Shown piece by piece: positions 47,664 to 58,793 of a DNA stretch of 64,000 nucleotides (the first letter of the stretch is position 1; every line of letters begins with the position of its first letter). The notes under the pieces are model-generated. The model saw only the letters and a program-made list of their open reading frames with translations, ran no database searches and had not been told where the DNA came from. Origin of the DNA: an uncultured Bdellovibrionales bacterium. Lineage in GTDB: Bacteria > Patescibacteriota > Minisyncoccia > Moranbacterales > UBA1568. The stretch covers positions 31,403 to 95,402 of the forward strand of contig CAZOKB010000003.1 in assembly GCA_964580285.1 (NCBI GenBank). Reading direction: 5' to 3'. The translations under genes were made by a program, and so were the position numbers.

Positions 47664-48189
47664 ACTGCTCCTGATATTTCAGAGGATTAACGACACAATA
47701 CGCCTGCTGCGTTCGTCCCTTTATCAGGACGTACAGAGACACAGATAGAAGAATAATGGCCACAAAGGAAAGCTCTACGCCTCTAAAGGGTAGGTAGGCA
47801 GCGGCACCGCCGAATCCCAAAAGAGCCAGAATCGGCAGACCACAACTTGCACAACCGCTTCCGACTATCCCAAGTACAGAACTCCCGCCTATGGCTAGGT
47901 GCATTTTTCCAGAAGACCGTATCGTCCGAAGTCGCTCAAGCATGAACACAAAATTCAGACCGGTAAGCGTCGCGACCGTTATAAGCAAGATCAGACTGAA
48001 CGTACTCATAGCCGTCCACATGCCAACGAGCAGCGCGATGAGGATATCTACTCGATAATCAAACGAGTGTACGCCAAAGAGCGCATCCTTTACCAGCCCG
48101 GCATTCATGAGATACACAGTCGCTATGACATAGAGTACCGCGATTGTGGCTGCCGGAAGAATTACTTGTAAAGACCAGACACGTCTCAT
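47644..48189 (-). CDS. polytopic membrane protein with GCASCG motif, hypothetical
   Basis: 181 aa, 4-5 TM helices. Confidence 0.4.
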   Translation of the reverse strand: MRRVWSLQVILPAATIAVLYVIATVYLMNAGLVKDALFGVHSFDYRVDILIALLVGMWTAMSTFSLILLITVATLTGLNFVFMLERLRTIRSSGKMHLAIGGSSVLGIVGSGCASCGLPILALLGFGGAAAYLPFRGVELSFVAIILLSVSLYVLIKGRTQQAYCVVNPLKYQEQYAPVSE

Positions 48190-48202
48190 AGACTATTCTT
48201 CC

Positions 48203-49063
48203 TTATTTGTCATTTAACTTCTCATCAATAATGGTCTTGAATGCACTGAATGGCTGGGCGCCCACAACGAGCTGTCCTTCAATTTGACCATCCTTACTCG
48301 AAGCACCAACAACCCACGATGGCGTACCAGAAACTCCAACTGCCGAGCCATCAGCTATATCCTTTGCTACTTCGTCTTTGAACTTTCCGGAATCCAAACA
48401 TTGCTGGAACTGATCCACGTTGAGACCAAGGTTCTTCGCGATCACCGGTAGCTGCGTCAAAGCCAGACCTGTCCCACCGGCAGTAGTCTGAGTGAAGATT
48501 TGGTCGTGAAACTTGAAATACGTGGCATCATTGCTTTGACTTCTGGCACACTCGGCCGCTTCGGCTTCCTTTTGTGCATTCGCGTGAAACGACAACGGAA
48601 AATCACGATAGACCAATTTTACCTTGCCGGTATCAATGTAGTTCTTCTTGAGTTCTGGCAGAAGATCGGTAAACGACTTCTTGCAGAATGGACACTCGTA
48701 GTCCGAAAACTCGATTAATGTCACGGGGGCATTCTTATTTCCGAGTACTGGATCATTATCAACAGAAACTTTTACCGGGCCACTTGGCTGGCCAGCTGGT
48801 TGCTGGGCGGCCGGTGTTGGATTTCCCGATGGCTGTGCTACTATCGCTGAGCCAGAATCAGCTAACTTCTGAAACTTTCCACTGGAAGAAAGGATGCTAG
48901 CACTAATGATGAGCCCTCCGAGAAGAATTGATCCAGCGATAATCCAAGCTCCCCGGCTTGGCATATCTTTCCGCTCCCTCGCACCAACTCCTTTTCCCGC
49001 CTCGCTTTCTCCGCTCTTTGTTTTTACTTCTTCACCTTCTTCTTGTTTGTACCAGTCGTCCAT
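48203..49063 (-). CDS. DsbA-family thiol:disulfide oxidoreductase (island copy)
   Basis: TM anchor, Pro-rich linker, CPFC active site (EFSDYECPFCKK). Confidence 0.7.
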   Translation of the reverse strand: MDDWYKQEEGEEVKTKSGESEAGKGVGARERKDMPSRGAWIIAGSILLGGLIISASILSSSGKFQKLADSGSAIVAQPSGNPTPAAQQPAGQPSGPVKVSVDNDPVLGNKNAPVTLIEFSDYECPFCKKSFTDLLPELKKNYIDTGKVKLVYRDFPLSFHANAQKEAEAAECARSQSNDATYFKFHDQIFTQTTAGGTGLALTQLPVIAKNLGLNVDQFQQCLDSGKFKDEVAKDIADGSAVGVSGTPSWVVGASSKDGQIEGQLVVGAQPFSAFKTIIDEKLNDK

Positions 49064-49088
49064 AATGATGAGTATGTTGATTATTAAC

Positions 49089-50726
49089 TTAATTAGTCTT
49101 TCCCACGGTGTAAGAGAGCATCATTCCGCTCTCCGCATGTTCCAGAATGTGACAATGCGCGACCCAAGTACCTGGATTCGTCGCGTCAAGCAGGATATCG
49201 ACCGTGTCACCCTTGGCTACCAGTACCGTATCTGCCCACACAGGGTTTTCATTTCTCACGCCATTGGTTGAAAGCACCATGAGACGCTGCCCATGAAAGT
49301 GAACCGGATGCTGCATCGGGTGCATGGATTGTGGGTCGTTGAAGATGCGAATCTTTACCTTATCACCCACCTGAAAGTTCCAGTCCTTGATATCCATGTT
49401 TACTTTGCCGCTTGCTTTATCCACAAGCTTCCACTTCATCATGGCAGAAGTAGACTGAGCGTTCATGCCAGACATGGTATCTTCCCACTCCAGCGCATCG
49501 CCATCATCACCCATACCCATGCCTTTGTCTGACATAGCCATCCCGCCACTGCCCATCGAGTGCATCCCGCTCGGCATACCCTTACGCATCTCCGCTGTCA
49601 TATCGAGCGAAAGATTCAGGCTTTTGTCAGGAGCCTTTGAGAGGTACGTGTTCATGAGACCTTCCAGCTCAGAAACAACGGCTCCATTCGTCCGCGCAAC
49701 TGAAAACTCATTGCTATAGGAGGGATTAGCAAGTTCAGAGGAAACCGACACTTTACCCAAGGGGTATTCCTTATCAGGCGTCTGGTGTTTCATCGCATAC
49801 TCACCTGACTTTTCGAAGAAGACATCCACGACACGGCGCTCCCCGGGAGCAATCATTATCTGATCGACAAAAGTTTCTTTTTCATACTTTCCGACATCCG
49901 CACCCACGAGCTTCATCTTGGCTCCAGGAAGAACGAAATTGAAGAGTCGGGTATTAGCGGCATTCGTAAGATAGAGACGCGCCACTTCACCTTGTTTCGC
50001 CTGAAGTCTGTAATCTGTCTCGCCGTTCACGAGCATGACATTTCCAAAACGTCCCATGAGCGTGTGATCAGCCACCTTGGCATCAAACGGGAGCATGCCC
50101 TTGGCATCAAGCGCAATATCATCAAGCATGAGCGGGACTTCGCGATTCACCGGTGCCCAGTAAGCCGTGTCTTTCGGAGTCACAATGATGTTGGCATAGA
50201 GCCCAGATTCGAGTGTGTAATCAGTTCTGACGTGAGGGTGATACCAGAAGACGCCGGGGTCTGAAAACTTGAGCTTGTAGGTAAATGACTCGCCTACAGC
50301 GATTTCTTTTTGAGTCACCCCCGGTACGCCGTCAAACGGATTGTCCATCCGTACTCCATGAGCATGGAGTGTGGTCGCGATGTCGCCGTCATTCTTCAAA
50401 TTGACCGTAATCTCTGAACCCTCGGGAACGCGAATGGTCGGACCAGGGAGAGAACCATTGTAGCCGAGCATTTTCACAGTACGGCCAGCAATTACCTTTT
50501 TCACAGGCGTGATGGCGAGATCAATCGACTGGTTGTTCTTGAGATCGACGATCTGAGACTGGCCAGCCTGTTCTATACTCCCTGACGGCGGCGGGGCATC
50601 CAAACTTGTAGCCGTTTTTTTACTAGAACTAACTTTTGTTTGACGGTTCGTCATTCCATACCAGGTTAGAGAGCCCAGAATGATTGCCGTTACTCCCACC
50701 ACTACTGCTACTTGCTTGTTGTTCAT
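49089..50726 (-). CDS. multicopper oxidase (CueO/CopA-like) with Met-rich insert
   Basis: Copper-ligand motifs HAHG, WYHPH, HPxHxHG, HCHILEH. GMPSGMHSMGSGGMAMSDKGMGMG Met-rich segment. Signal peptide. Confidence 0.85.
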   Translation of the reverse strand: MNNKQVAVVVGVTAIILGSLTWYGMTNRQTKVSSSKKTATSLDAPPPSGSIEQAGQSQIVDLKNNQSIDLAITPVKKVIAGRTVKMLGYNGSLPGPTIRVPEGSEITVNLKNDGDIATTLHAHGVRMDNPFDGVPGVTQKEIAVGESFTYKLKFSDPGVFWYHPHVRTDYTLESGLYANIIVTPKDTAYWAPVNREVPLMLDDIALDAKGMLPFDAKVADHTLMGRFGNVMLVNGETDYRLQAKQGEVARLYLTNAANTRLFNFVLPGAKMKLVGADVGKYEKETFVDQIMIAPGERRVVDVFFEKSGEYAMKHQTPDKEYPLGKVSVSSELANPSYSNEFSVARTNGAVVSELEGLMNTYLSKAPDKSLNLSLDMTAEMRKGMPSGMHSMGSGGMAMSDKGMGMGDDGDALEWEDTMSGMNAQSTSAMMKWKLVDKASGKVNMDIKDWNFQVGDKVKIRIFNDPQSMHPMQHPVHFHGQRLMVLSTNGVRNENPVWADTVLVAKGDTVDILLDATNPGTWVAHCHILEHAESGMMLSYTVGKTN

Positions 50727-50755
50727 AGAAGTTATTTATTGTTTAAGGATTCACT

Positions 50756-51280
50756 TTAGAGAGTCATAAATTGCGAGAAGTCATTTCCCTTCTTCTGATA
50801 TATCTCGTATGGAGCCTGCTTCACGCCAGGCATGCCGGGCGTCCCTATCGGCATACCCGGGAGACCGATACCGTCGATATCCGGCTTTTCCGAAAGCAGT
50901 TTCTCGACAGCAATCAGTGGCACATGTCCTTCAACAAAGTAATCTCCGATCACGGTCGTATGGCAGCTCTGCTTATCTTCTTCAATACCATATTGTTCCT
51001 TTATGGAACCCATGTCCTGAGTGGATTTCACGTCGACCTCATATCCTTGCCTCTTCAACTCTGCAATGTAGCCATTGCAACACCCGCAATTCGGCGCTTT
51101 ATACACTGTTGCTTTGCGCTCAATTGGAAGGGCAGCAATTTCTCCCGCGCTTTCCTGCACAGCCGTTTCTGTAGCAGCTGTTTTTTCGATCCCGGAATTT
51201 TTTTCAGGACCGGAAAATAACACTCTTCCTCCAATCACTATTCCGAGCACTATAATTCCTATAAAGAATAGGCGTATCAT
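50756..51280 (-). CDS. DUF411 (CopG-like) metal-binding protein
   Basis: N-terminal TM helix, CGCC motif (YKAPNCGCCNGY), conserved His. Confidence 0.6.
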   Translation of the reverse strand: MIRLFFIGIIVLGIVIGGRVLFSGPEKNSGIEKTAATETAVQESAGEIAALPIERKATVYKAPNCGCCNGYIAELKRQGYEVDVKSTQDMGSIKEQYGIEEDKQSCHTTVIGDYFVEGHVPLIAVEKLLSEKPDIDGIGLPGMPIGTPGMPGVKQAPYEIYQKKGNDFSQFMTL

Positions 51281-51307
51281 AAGACTTTATTCATAATTAT
51301 AAGGACA

Positions 51308-54300
51308 CTACTTTTTGAATCGAAACTCAGAGCCGACAAAGTGGAAGGCATCCAAAACTGATTTCGTTTCGGGCAATACTCCGGCTACAATCACTGCGTT
51401 ACCGAAAAAGTTATCAATCCGATCCCCCTCTTTATCGAAGAGTTTTTCGGCTCGCATCACCGCTGCTTCCGCAGAACCAATATAGATCGGTTGGTAGCGT
51501 TTGCCGCCGATTTTGACCGGAGCAAAGGCATCGTCAGCCATCATCTTACGGAAAGCCTCCGGAACATTATTCTGGTTAACACGATAGAAGAACTTCAACT
51601 CTCCATTGTCCGTCAGCAAAGCATCGGTTTCCGCCACAGTTTTTAGTCCATCGAAGCTTCCCTTGCTCAGGATATGAAACTCATCAAGAACGGTCCCGGT
51701 AGACGCCAGTACTCCGCCGACACGTATTTCAGGCGCACCGAAAAATTCCTTGAGTGTATCGCCTGATTTTTCGAAGAGTTTTTCCTGTTGCATCAATGCC
51801 GCTTCATTCGCTCCGATAAGCATCATATTGCCAGAAAGCGCTAGCGCCCCATCCGATACCTTCAAAGACCGTTCCGGATTTTCAGCTCCCAAGAAAAGCT
51901 TTGGCATTTCTCCGGCAAGATTGAGTTTGATCGGGTTATCGGCAATATAGGCCGCAATTTCCTTGGTCGCGCCAAACGCCATCTCTCCAGTCTTTGCTGT
52001 TTCCATTGATTGTCCACTGAATTTGGCAAATTGGAAGAAGAGAGCTGAGAACGCGACAACCATCACGAGCGGGGCTGCCAAAGAAACAAAGTTCCTTCTT
52101 CCTGGTCTGAAGAAACGGAGGAGGAGAGAATTACCTACGACAGAGATGGAGGACAGAGCCATAGCAAGACCAGCAAGCTCTGGCTTCAAGACCAAACCAA
52201 CCCCAGCAAACACTCGGGCTGCCACTGGAATACCCATCACATTGTAGAAGAGCGCGAAGAACATATTTTGCTTGATCTTTGACATGCTTTCTTTAGAGAG
52301 CTCGATAGCCGTCACCACGTCATGAACGTCGCTTCGCATGAGAACGATATCACCCGCCTCCATAGCAACATCCGTTCCCGATCCCATGGCTACCCCCAGA
52401 TCAGCTTGTGCCAATGCTGGAGCATCATTGATCCCATCACCCACCATAGCGACCCGTTTCCCTTTCTTCTGAAGTTCCTTCACATGTTCTGCCTTGTCCT
52501 CAGGCAATACTTCAGCAAACACATTGGTCACCCCAACCTGCGAGGCGATGGCGTTGGCCGTCCGAGCATTATCGCCAGTGATCATGTAGACTTCGATTCC
52601 CATTCCTGCCAACTTTTTCACAGCGTCACGCGAAGATTCTTTCACGGTATCGGCGACCGCGACCGCTCCGAGAACTTTTTCCCGAGTAGCCAAAATCATA
52701 GCGGTTTTCCCTTGTTCTTCCAGGCGCATGAGTTTCCGATTGATGCGATCAAGGGGGAGTTTGATAACATCGGTGATAAGTCTCCGATTTCCGAAGAAAT
52801 ATTCGGTACCAGCGATACTTCCTTGCACACCATGTCCTGGGATGGCCTTGAAGTCGCTCACGTCTTCCAAAGCACAACCTTCTTCTTTTGAATACTCATA
52901 GATGGCTTCAGCTAAAGGATGTTCCGAAAGCTTTTCCAAGCTGGCAGCTATTTCCAAGACTTCATCTTCATCGGCATCATTGAAAGTAAGGATATCTGTC
53001 ACCTCGGGCTTTCCTTTCGTGAGAGTGCCGGTCTTATCAAAGATAACCGCATTGATTTTGCAGGCGGCTTCCAACGCTTCGCCACCTTTGATGAGAATTC
53101 CGTTCTCTGCGCCTTTCCCCGTACCGACCATGAGCGCTGTCGGCGTCGCTAGTCCCAAGGCACAAGGACAGGCAATCACTATGACAGCGGTAAAGGCCAT
53201 GAGAGCAAACGCCAGGGTAGCCCCCAAGAAGAAGTACCAGATAACGAATGTAAGGAGAGCAATCCCGATCACGGCTGGGACAAACCAAGCAGAAATACGG
53301 TCGGCAAAATTCTGAATCGGCGCTTTCGAGCCCTGCGCTTCTTCGATAAGGCGAATAATCTGCGCCAACGCTGTTTCGCTTCCTATCCGAGTCGCTTCAA
53401 ATTCAAACCCGCCCGTCTTGTTGACCGTCCCGCCGATCACCATGTCGCCTTCATTTTTTTCTATCGGGAGACTTTCTCCAGTAATCATAGATTCATCAAC
53501 CGCTGAGGAACCTTTGATAATTTTTCCATCGACAGGGATCTTCTCGCCGGGACGAACAATGATGATATCCCCGTGAACGACTGCGTCCACCGGTACATCG
53601 AGCGTTTCACCATTTCGCATTACCCGAGCGGTTTTGGCCTGGAGACCCATGAGCTTTTTGATGGCGTCAGACGTCCTTCCCTTGGTTCGAACCTCAAGCC
53701 ATTTACCGAGAATGACAAAGGTGATGAGGAAAGCCGCTGTTTCAAAGTAAAGCTCTGGGATTTTGGAACCGTTGAGACCGATGACGCTATCATTTTTCAC
53801 TACATAAAGAACAAAGTTCACAAGGCTATAGAAGAACGCCGTCGACGTACCGATTGCAATAAGACTATCCATGTTGAATGTCTTCATCTTAAGCGCCGAC
53901 CAAGCACCTTTGTAGAATCCCGCTCCGATAATGAATTGGATGGGAATGGTGAAAAGCAGGGAGAATATGCCGACATAGGGAAGAAGCGATGCTTTTCCAG
54001 GGAGCACAAAGAAATCAAGTAGCATGAAATAGAGCATCGGGAGGCTCATAATGAAGCCGAAGATGAACTTGTTGAAGTAACTGCTGATTTCCCTATCGCG
54101 CTTTCGACGCTCGTACTCCGTATCTTTCGGGTCAACTTCTTCTGCTTTGTATCCAGCTTTCGCCACCGCTTGTTTGAGTGTGGTGACCTCTACTTTGCCC
54201 TCATCAAACACCACCAGGGCCTTTTCGGCCGCGAAATTCACATTCGCCTGTTTGACCCCCGGAACTTTCTTGAGCGAGCGTTCGATGAGGTTGGCACACG

Positions 54301-54916
54301 ATGAACAGTGCATCCCAAACAAGGAAAGACTCATCCGTCTCTGCGGATCAAGGCTTGTACCAACTTTTGCCCCTGTTCCTTGATTGATAACAGGAACGAT
54401 TGTTTCTTGATTCGGCAGATTGCTTCCATTTCGAGAAAGACTTCCTCCGATGCCCTGAATACTGCCTATCGCTCTCAGAATTTGGTTGACGATATCTTTC
54501 GACGGAGTACCTGTCTCTGGCATATCAACTTCTGCCGATTGACTGTTCAAGATGGTTCCCTCGAAGTATGGTCTGCCATTCCCATCTTCCAAAACTTTTC
54601 CATCGGCTTCTACACGAGACTCGATTTTTACTTTCAGTCGAACATCCATTGCCTTCTCACTATCCTCCTCGTGGTTCTCTTTTATTGAGGCAACACCCTC
54701 ATCCGAAACAATTCCCTCATATCCCGCTCGCCTGATGGCCTCTAGCGATTGCTCGAGGGTGCTTCTCGTCTCATCGAGAAGAAATACCCCTTGACCAGCC
54801 TCATGGTCAATCTGAATCTCACTGATTCCAGGAAGCTCCTTGAGTTCTTCACCGATGAGCATTTCACAGGAGTGACACGTCATTCCCTTAATGGATACTG
54901 TTATTCGTTTAGTCAT
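51308..54916 (-). CDS. copA: copper-translocating P1B-1 ATPase (CopA-like, 1202 aa) with two N-terminal HMA domains and ~350-aa C-terminal extension (extra TM + duplicated domain)
   Basis: GMTCHSCE and [11 protein letters not shown] motifs. [29 protein letters not shown]. After the usual C-terminus, one more TM helix and two ~45-aa repeats (EKLFEKSGD…, EKLFDKEGD…). Confidence 0.85.
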   Translation of the reverse strand: MTKRITVSIKGMTCHSCEMLIGEELKELPGISEIQIDHEAGQGVFLLDETRSTLEQSLEAIRRAGYEGIVSDEGVASIKENHEEDSEKAMDVRLKVKIESRVEADGKVLEDGNGRPYFEGTILNSQSAEVDMPETGTPSKDIVNQILRAIGSIQGIGGSLSRNGSNLPNQETIVPVINQGTGAKVGTSLDPQRRMSLSLFGMHCSSCANLIERSLKKVPGVKQANVNFAAEKALVVFDEGKVEVTTLKQAVAKAGYKAEEVDPKDTEYERRKRDREISSYFNKFIFGFIMSLPMLYFMLLDFFVLPGKASLLPYVGIFSLLFTIPIQFIIGAGFYKGAWSALKMKTFNMDSLIAIGTSTAFFYSLVNFVLYVVKNDSVIGLNGSKIPELYFETAAFLITFVILGKWLEVRTKGRTSDAIKKLMGLQAKTARVMRNGETLDVPVDAVVHGDIIIVRPGEKIPVDGKIIKGSSAVDESMITGESLPIEKNEGDMVIGGTVNKTGGFEFEATRIGSETALAQIIRLIEEAQGSKAPIQNFADRISAWFVPAVIGIALLTFVIWYFFLGATLAFALMAFTAVIVIACPCALGLATPTALMVGTGKGAENGILIKGGEALEAACKINAVIFDKTGTLTKGKPEVTDILTFNDADEDEVLEIAASLEKLSEHPLAEAIYEYSKEEGCALEDVSDFKAIPGHGVQGSIAGTEYFFGNRRLITDVIKLPLDRINRKLMRLEEQGKTAMILATREKVLGAVAVADTVKESSRDAVKKLAGMGIEVYMITGDNARTANAIASQVGVTNVFAEVLPEDKAEHVKELQKKGKRVAMVGDGINDAPALAQADLGVAMGSGTDVAMEAGDIVLMRSDVHDVVTAIELSKESMSKIKQNMFFALFYNVMGIPVAARVFAGVGLVLKPELAGLAMALSSISVVGNSLLLRFFRPGRRNFVSLAAPLVMVVAFSALFFQFAKFSGQSMETAKTGEMAFGATKEIAAYIADNPIKLNLAGEMPKLFLGAENPERSLKVSDGALALSGNMMLIGANEAALMQQEKLFEKSGDTLKEFFGAPEIRVGGVLASTGTVLDEFHILSKGSFDGLKTVAETDALLTDNGELKFFYRVNQNNVPEAFRKMMADDAFAPVKIGGKRYQPIYIGSAEAAVMRAEKLFDKEGDRIDNFFGNAVIVAGVLPETKSVLDAFHFVGSEFRFKK

Positions 54917-54949
54917 AAGAAGATTTCATAGAGTTATCAATCAAATACT

Positions 54950-55156
54950 TTACGCGGTCGTCACGATATATTCCATTCCCTGAAGCGCATTTTCAACTTC
55001 TGATAAGTTTATTTCGCGGTTCGCGGTGAGTTCGGCTTTCCCATCTTTTGTGATAGAAAACTCCGAAGTTCCATCAATTTTTTTCATTTTCATCGTGATA
55101 AGTTTGACGCATGAATCACAATGCATGCCCGCAACATTGAAGAGTAGTTTGTACAT
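54950..55156 (-). CDS. copZ: CopZ-like HMA copper chaperone
   Basis: 68 aa with a GMHCDSC motif. Confidence 0.75.
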   Translation of the reverse strand: MYKLLFNVAGMHCDSCVKLITMKMKKIDGTSEFSITKDGKAELTANREINLSEVENALQGMEYIVTTA

Positions 55157-55201
55157 AATCTTATGGTTAATTCAAGGCTTGTTTTGATTCTGGTTGATTT
55201 A

Positions 55202-56572
55202 TCAGCTGGCAGCCACGACGGTAAACACGCCCCGATACATACCCATAGAACATGAGAATGGGATCTGTCCAACTTCTTTCGGTGTGAACTCAATGACGTT
55301 TTGTCCAAGTGACAGATTCTTTCGGACCCCGATTTTCGAAGCAATAACCGTTGAAGCACAGGTGTACTGATCTTTGGCATCAATAACCCATTTGACTGGG
55401 ATGCCTTGCTGAATGGTGAATTTGCTCGGGGCATAGCCACTGGAGCTTTCTGTCATGCGCACAACTTGAACGCCATTTTCAATTTTTACGTTCGGATCAG
55501 TCGACTGGGCAGCTACCGCTTTTGTATCAGCTCCAGAAGAAACACTTAGTTGCCAGTCCGTCAGATTGAGACCGTTGTTAATATTGAAGAAGGCCAGTGC
55601 TATCACAACGATTCCGGCGAATTTGAAGAATCGTTGCGCAAAAATGCCCTTGATGACAGAAGTTAATCCACCGATACCCAGAAGCCCCGGGGCTGTTCCC
55701 AGAGCGAAGAGTCCCATGATGAGACTTCCCTGCATGAAGCTTCCCGTACTTACAGCGTAGATTTGCATTGCTTGAGTGAAACCGCAGGGCAGAAAAAAGG
55801 TCATGGCCCCGAGAACAAATGAATTTTTGTGACTGTACTCTCTCTGTTTGTCGCTGATACCCAGTAACCGACTGATTCCTTTAGGAAGAGCAAAACTTAC
55901 TGTTTCCAACCGCGGGCACACGCCTGTCAGTTTCACGCCAAGGAGCAGCATGACAACACCGACGGCTATGGTAACAATACCGAGAGTGGTTCCAGAAAGT
56001 TGGAGAAATGAACCGAGCGACCCAAGAAGACCACCGAGGACGGCGTACGAGAGAATGCGACCAAGATTGAAGAAAAGATGCGGGCGAAACTTCTGCAATG
56101 GAGTCGCTTCGGGATGTTTTTCTGAATGTCGGGCAGAAATTCCCAGCACCAATCCTCCTACTAAGGCAAGGCAGGTAGAAAATCCTGCTGTGAGTCCGAC
56201 GAGGAGCGCCACCGAAAGACTCGTCGGTTTCGCTGCGTTTCCGACATTTATGAGATCAGAGAACCCAAATTCTTTGAGGATGAAGTAGAGTCCTACGACG
56301 AACAAAAATGCGATGCCCAGATCCTTATAATCACTCGCATTCCGACTGAACCAAGGCTTTTTCCCGACGACTCCGATCGTATACCCCGCTTCCCGCACGG
56401 CATTTTCAATCGCCTGTTTGCTCGGTTTGACTTCGTACGAAACTTCAGCAACTCCTTTCTTGTAATTGACGTAACTTTTTTTGATTTCTGGAATTTCGGA
56501 GAGCTTATCTTCAATAAGAATTTCACAAGATCTGCAGTGCATTCCAGCGATAGGTACTAAAAGTTTTTTCAT
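55202..56572 (-). CDS. tri-domain protein: HMA domain + polytopic permease (TauE/SafE- or DsbD_2-like) + C-terminal cupredoxin-like domain
   Basis: Start MKKLLVPIAGMHCRSCE. ~8 TM helices with conserved Cys (STCLAL, LPCGF). C-terminal beta domain with C…CSMGMY. Confidence 0.55.
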   Translation of the reverse strand: MKKLLVPIAGMHCRSCEILIEDKLSEIPEIKKSYVNYKKGVAEVSYEVKPSKQAIENAVREAGYTIGVVGKKPWFSRNASDYKDLGIAFLFVVGLYFILKEFGFSDLINVGNAAKPTSLSVALLVGLTAGFSTCLALVGGLVLGISARHSEKHPEATPLQKFRPHLFFNLGRILSYAVLGGLLGSLGSFLQLSGTTLGIVTIAVGVVMLLLGVKLTGVCPRLETVSFALPKGISRLLGISDKQREYSHKNSFVLGAMTFFLPCGFTQAMQIYAVSTGSFMQGSLIMGLFALGTAPGLLGIGGLTSVIKGIFAQRFFKFAGIVVIALAFFNINNGLNLTDWQLSVSSGADTKAVAAQSTDPNVKIENGVQVVRMTESSSGYAPSKFTIQQGIPVKWVIDAKDQYTCASTVIASKIGVRKNLSLGQNVIEFTPKEVGQIPFSCSMGMYRGVFTVVAAS

Positions 56573-56696
56573 AGAATACATTGATTTGACGATTAAAACC
56601 CATTCACATAATAAAATGGGTACAAAAAGTGCCAGGGCAGAGAAAGAGTATCCAAAAGGACAAACTGTCTCAGCTTCCTGACACACTTCAATCAAT

Positions 56697-57119
56697 CTAT
56701 TCTTTTTTGGCTACGGTAAGAATGAGGTCCTGCAAGGGCAGGATCTCGGGCGGTTCGAAGGCTTCGATGTTCAATCCGTCAACAAGTGATGGAGCTATAA
56801 AAACTCCCTGTAAGGCGAGATTTGGAAGTTGCAAAATCTCTTGAGATTTTTTTATCGTTCCGACATTATCTTTGGTTTGTCCACACTCCAGAGAGCAGTT
56901 CTTTACATGACTCTGAGTGAGCGGTAGATGTACCATGGAGTTCATGCTGCTATCAGTCCCCATAATCCCATTATCCTGTTCGTCTACAGGGCTTTGATTG
57001 CTCATATCCATCATTCCAGAGGAGGCTTGGGCTGTGAGCATAGGAAAAACACACGGCCCACCAGTTGAGAGCATTACCGCTAAAATAAGCACAAGAAGAG
57101 GGATTTTTTTGATCTTCAT
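56697..57119 (-). CDS. secreted Met-rich protein, putative periplasmic copper binder
   Basis: Signal peptide MKIKKIPLLVLILAVMLS. SSGMMDMSNQSP…MGTDSSMNSMVH. Confidence 0.45.
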   Translation of the reverse strand: MKIKKIPLLVLILAVMLSTGGPCVFPMLTAQASSGMMDMSNQSPVDEQDNGIMGTDSSMNSMVHLPLTQSHVKNCSLECGQTKDNVGTIKKSQEILQLPNLALQGVFIAPSLVDGLNIEAFEPPEILPLQDLILTVAKKE

Positions 57120-57314
57120 CATAAAGCCCCTCAATAGTACCATGATTTTTACAAAAACTCCATAAACCTGTGGTCTCATGGAGTGCAGTATGTATGCGAA
57201 TTTATGCAATGGCTTGATGCTAGGTTTTGTTTAAAAATGAATCGCTATTATGCAATAAATTTCTATTTTTGCATAGGCTTAGCAAAACAAGTGATCTGCG
57301 TCATCAATAGGTAT

Positions 57315-58634
57315 ATGGAACCATATACCACAGCCAGAATCGGTGACGAAATAGCTCCACCTATCCAAAAGATCCGGTATGTCCTCTATGCTAGAAAATC
57401 AACCGAATCAGAAGAACGCCAGGTACTCTCCATTGATTCCCAAGTGAAGGAAATGCTCCAACTCGCCGAGCGAGACAATCTCGATATAGTTGAGATCCGG
57501 CGTGAATCCCACAGCGCAAAGGAATCTGGCCAGCGGCCAGTCTATCGGGAAATCTTGGAGGATATCCGAGGTGGCAGGTTCAACGGCATTCTCACCTGGG
57601 CACCGGATCGACTTTCTCGTAATGCTGGTGATCTAGGAAGCGTCGTTGACCTCATGGATCAGCAACTCCTCATGGAAATCCGAACCTACGGACAAACATT
57701 CAAAAACTCTCCCAATGAAAAGTTTTTGCTGATGATCCTCTGTAGTCAAGCAAAGCTGGAAAATGACAACAAGAGTATCAATGTAAAACGAGGACTGCGA
57801 ACGAGAGTTGAAATGGGATTATGGCCAGGTCCACCGCCTACTGGATACATGAAAGAAAAGCGAATGGATCGAAAATGTGAAACACTGATTGATCCAGAAC
57901 GGGCACCAGTGATCAAAAAGATGTTTGAAAAAGTGGCCTATGAACATTGGAGCGGACGAAAGATCTACAATTGGCTTAAATTTGATCTGAACTTCAAAAG
58001 TGCTGCTGGAAAAAAGAATTTAAGCCTCGGCAATATTTACCGGCTCTTAGATAACACCTTCTATTACGGAGTGTTTGAATATCCAAGAAAATCAGGAAAC
58101 TGGTACACAGGAAAACACAAGCCAATCATCACCAAAGAGCTTTTTGATCTCGTTCAGAGACAGATAAAGAGCCAAATCTTAAGGGTTGAGGGAAAAGAGT
58201 TCGCTTTCACCAAAATGATGACTTGCAGATTATGTGGATCAGGGATAAGCGCTGACGAGAAATTCAAAAAGAAAAGAGGTGGCGGGGTTCATCGGTATGT
58301 CTACTACGGCTGTACCAAAGCCCGAGGAGCTGATTGTAAATGTGGCTACACTGAAGAAAAAGAAATCCTAAAACAATTTGAAGAATTGATAGACAAGATA
58401 AACCTCAATGAGATCGAGGTAAAGGAAAAGATCAAAGCAGATATTGAGCAGTTTTCCAAAATGCAGAAGTTCTTTCTCGGAACAAAAGAAAAGATTAGCG
58501 TCCCGAGCGTTGATATCCGAGGATATGCTAAGTACGTCCTCAGAGAAGGTACGAATGAAGAAAAACGAGAAATACTGGGCTGTTTGAAAAGCCGGATCTA
58601 CCTCGCAGAGAAGAAAATAACTCTAACCACATGA
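57315..58634 (+). CDS. large serine recombinase (resolvase domain + recombinase domain + zinc ribbon)
   Basis: YARKSTESEERQVLSIDSQ with catalytic Ser. Recombinase domain. CxxC…C.C zinc-ribbon (CRLCGSG…YYGCTKARGADCKCG). Confidence 0.85.
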   Translation: MEPYTTARIGDEIAPPIQKIRYVLYARKSTESEERQVLSIDSQVKEMLQLAERDNLDIVEIRRESHSAKESGQRPVYREILEDIRGGRFNGILTWAPDRLSRNAGDLGSVVDLMDQQLLMEIRTYGQTFKNSPNEKFLLMILCSQAKLENDNKSINVKRGLRTRVEMGLWPGPPPTGYMKEKRMDRKCETLIDPERAPVIKKMFEKVAYEHWSGRKIYNWLKFDLNFKSAAGKKNLSLGNIYRLLDNTFYYGVFEYPRKSGNWYTGKHKPIITKELFDLVQRQIKSQILRVEGKEFAFTKMMTCRLCGSGISADEKFKKKRGGGVHRYVYYGCTKARGADCKCGYTEEKEILKQFEELIDKINLNEIEVKEKIKADIEQFSKMQKFFLGTKEKISVPSVDIRGYAKYVLREGTNEEKREILGCLKSRIYLAEKKITLTT

Positions 58635-58746
58635 AACCACCATAGAATCGGAAGGTTGATTTTGGTCCCTTAAAAAGCTATACTGGTCGTACAATGTTGC
58701 CTAAACTTCTGCCCCAAAAAGGTAGCGGCATGGCTCAATAATAGAA

Positions 58747-58793
58747 CCTACGTCAATAAAAACGGTCTCGTGACCGGCACTTATTGACGTAGG
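58747..58793. promoter_or_regulatory. 47-nt inverted repeat with nested hairpin downstream of recombinase (candidate recombination site)
   Basis: cctacgtcaataa-N21-ttattgacgtagg. A third cctacgtcaa copy lies at 58903. Confidence 0.35.

Noticed and set aside
57183-57314. N-terminal 44 codons of the serine-recombinase ORF starting at GTG
   Set aside because: The sequence before MEPYTTARIG lacks resolvase-domain similarity. The ATG at 57315 gives the canonical distance to the catalytic Ser, so the shorter start was chosen.
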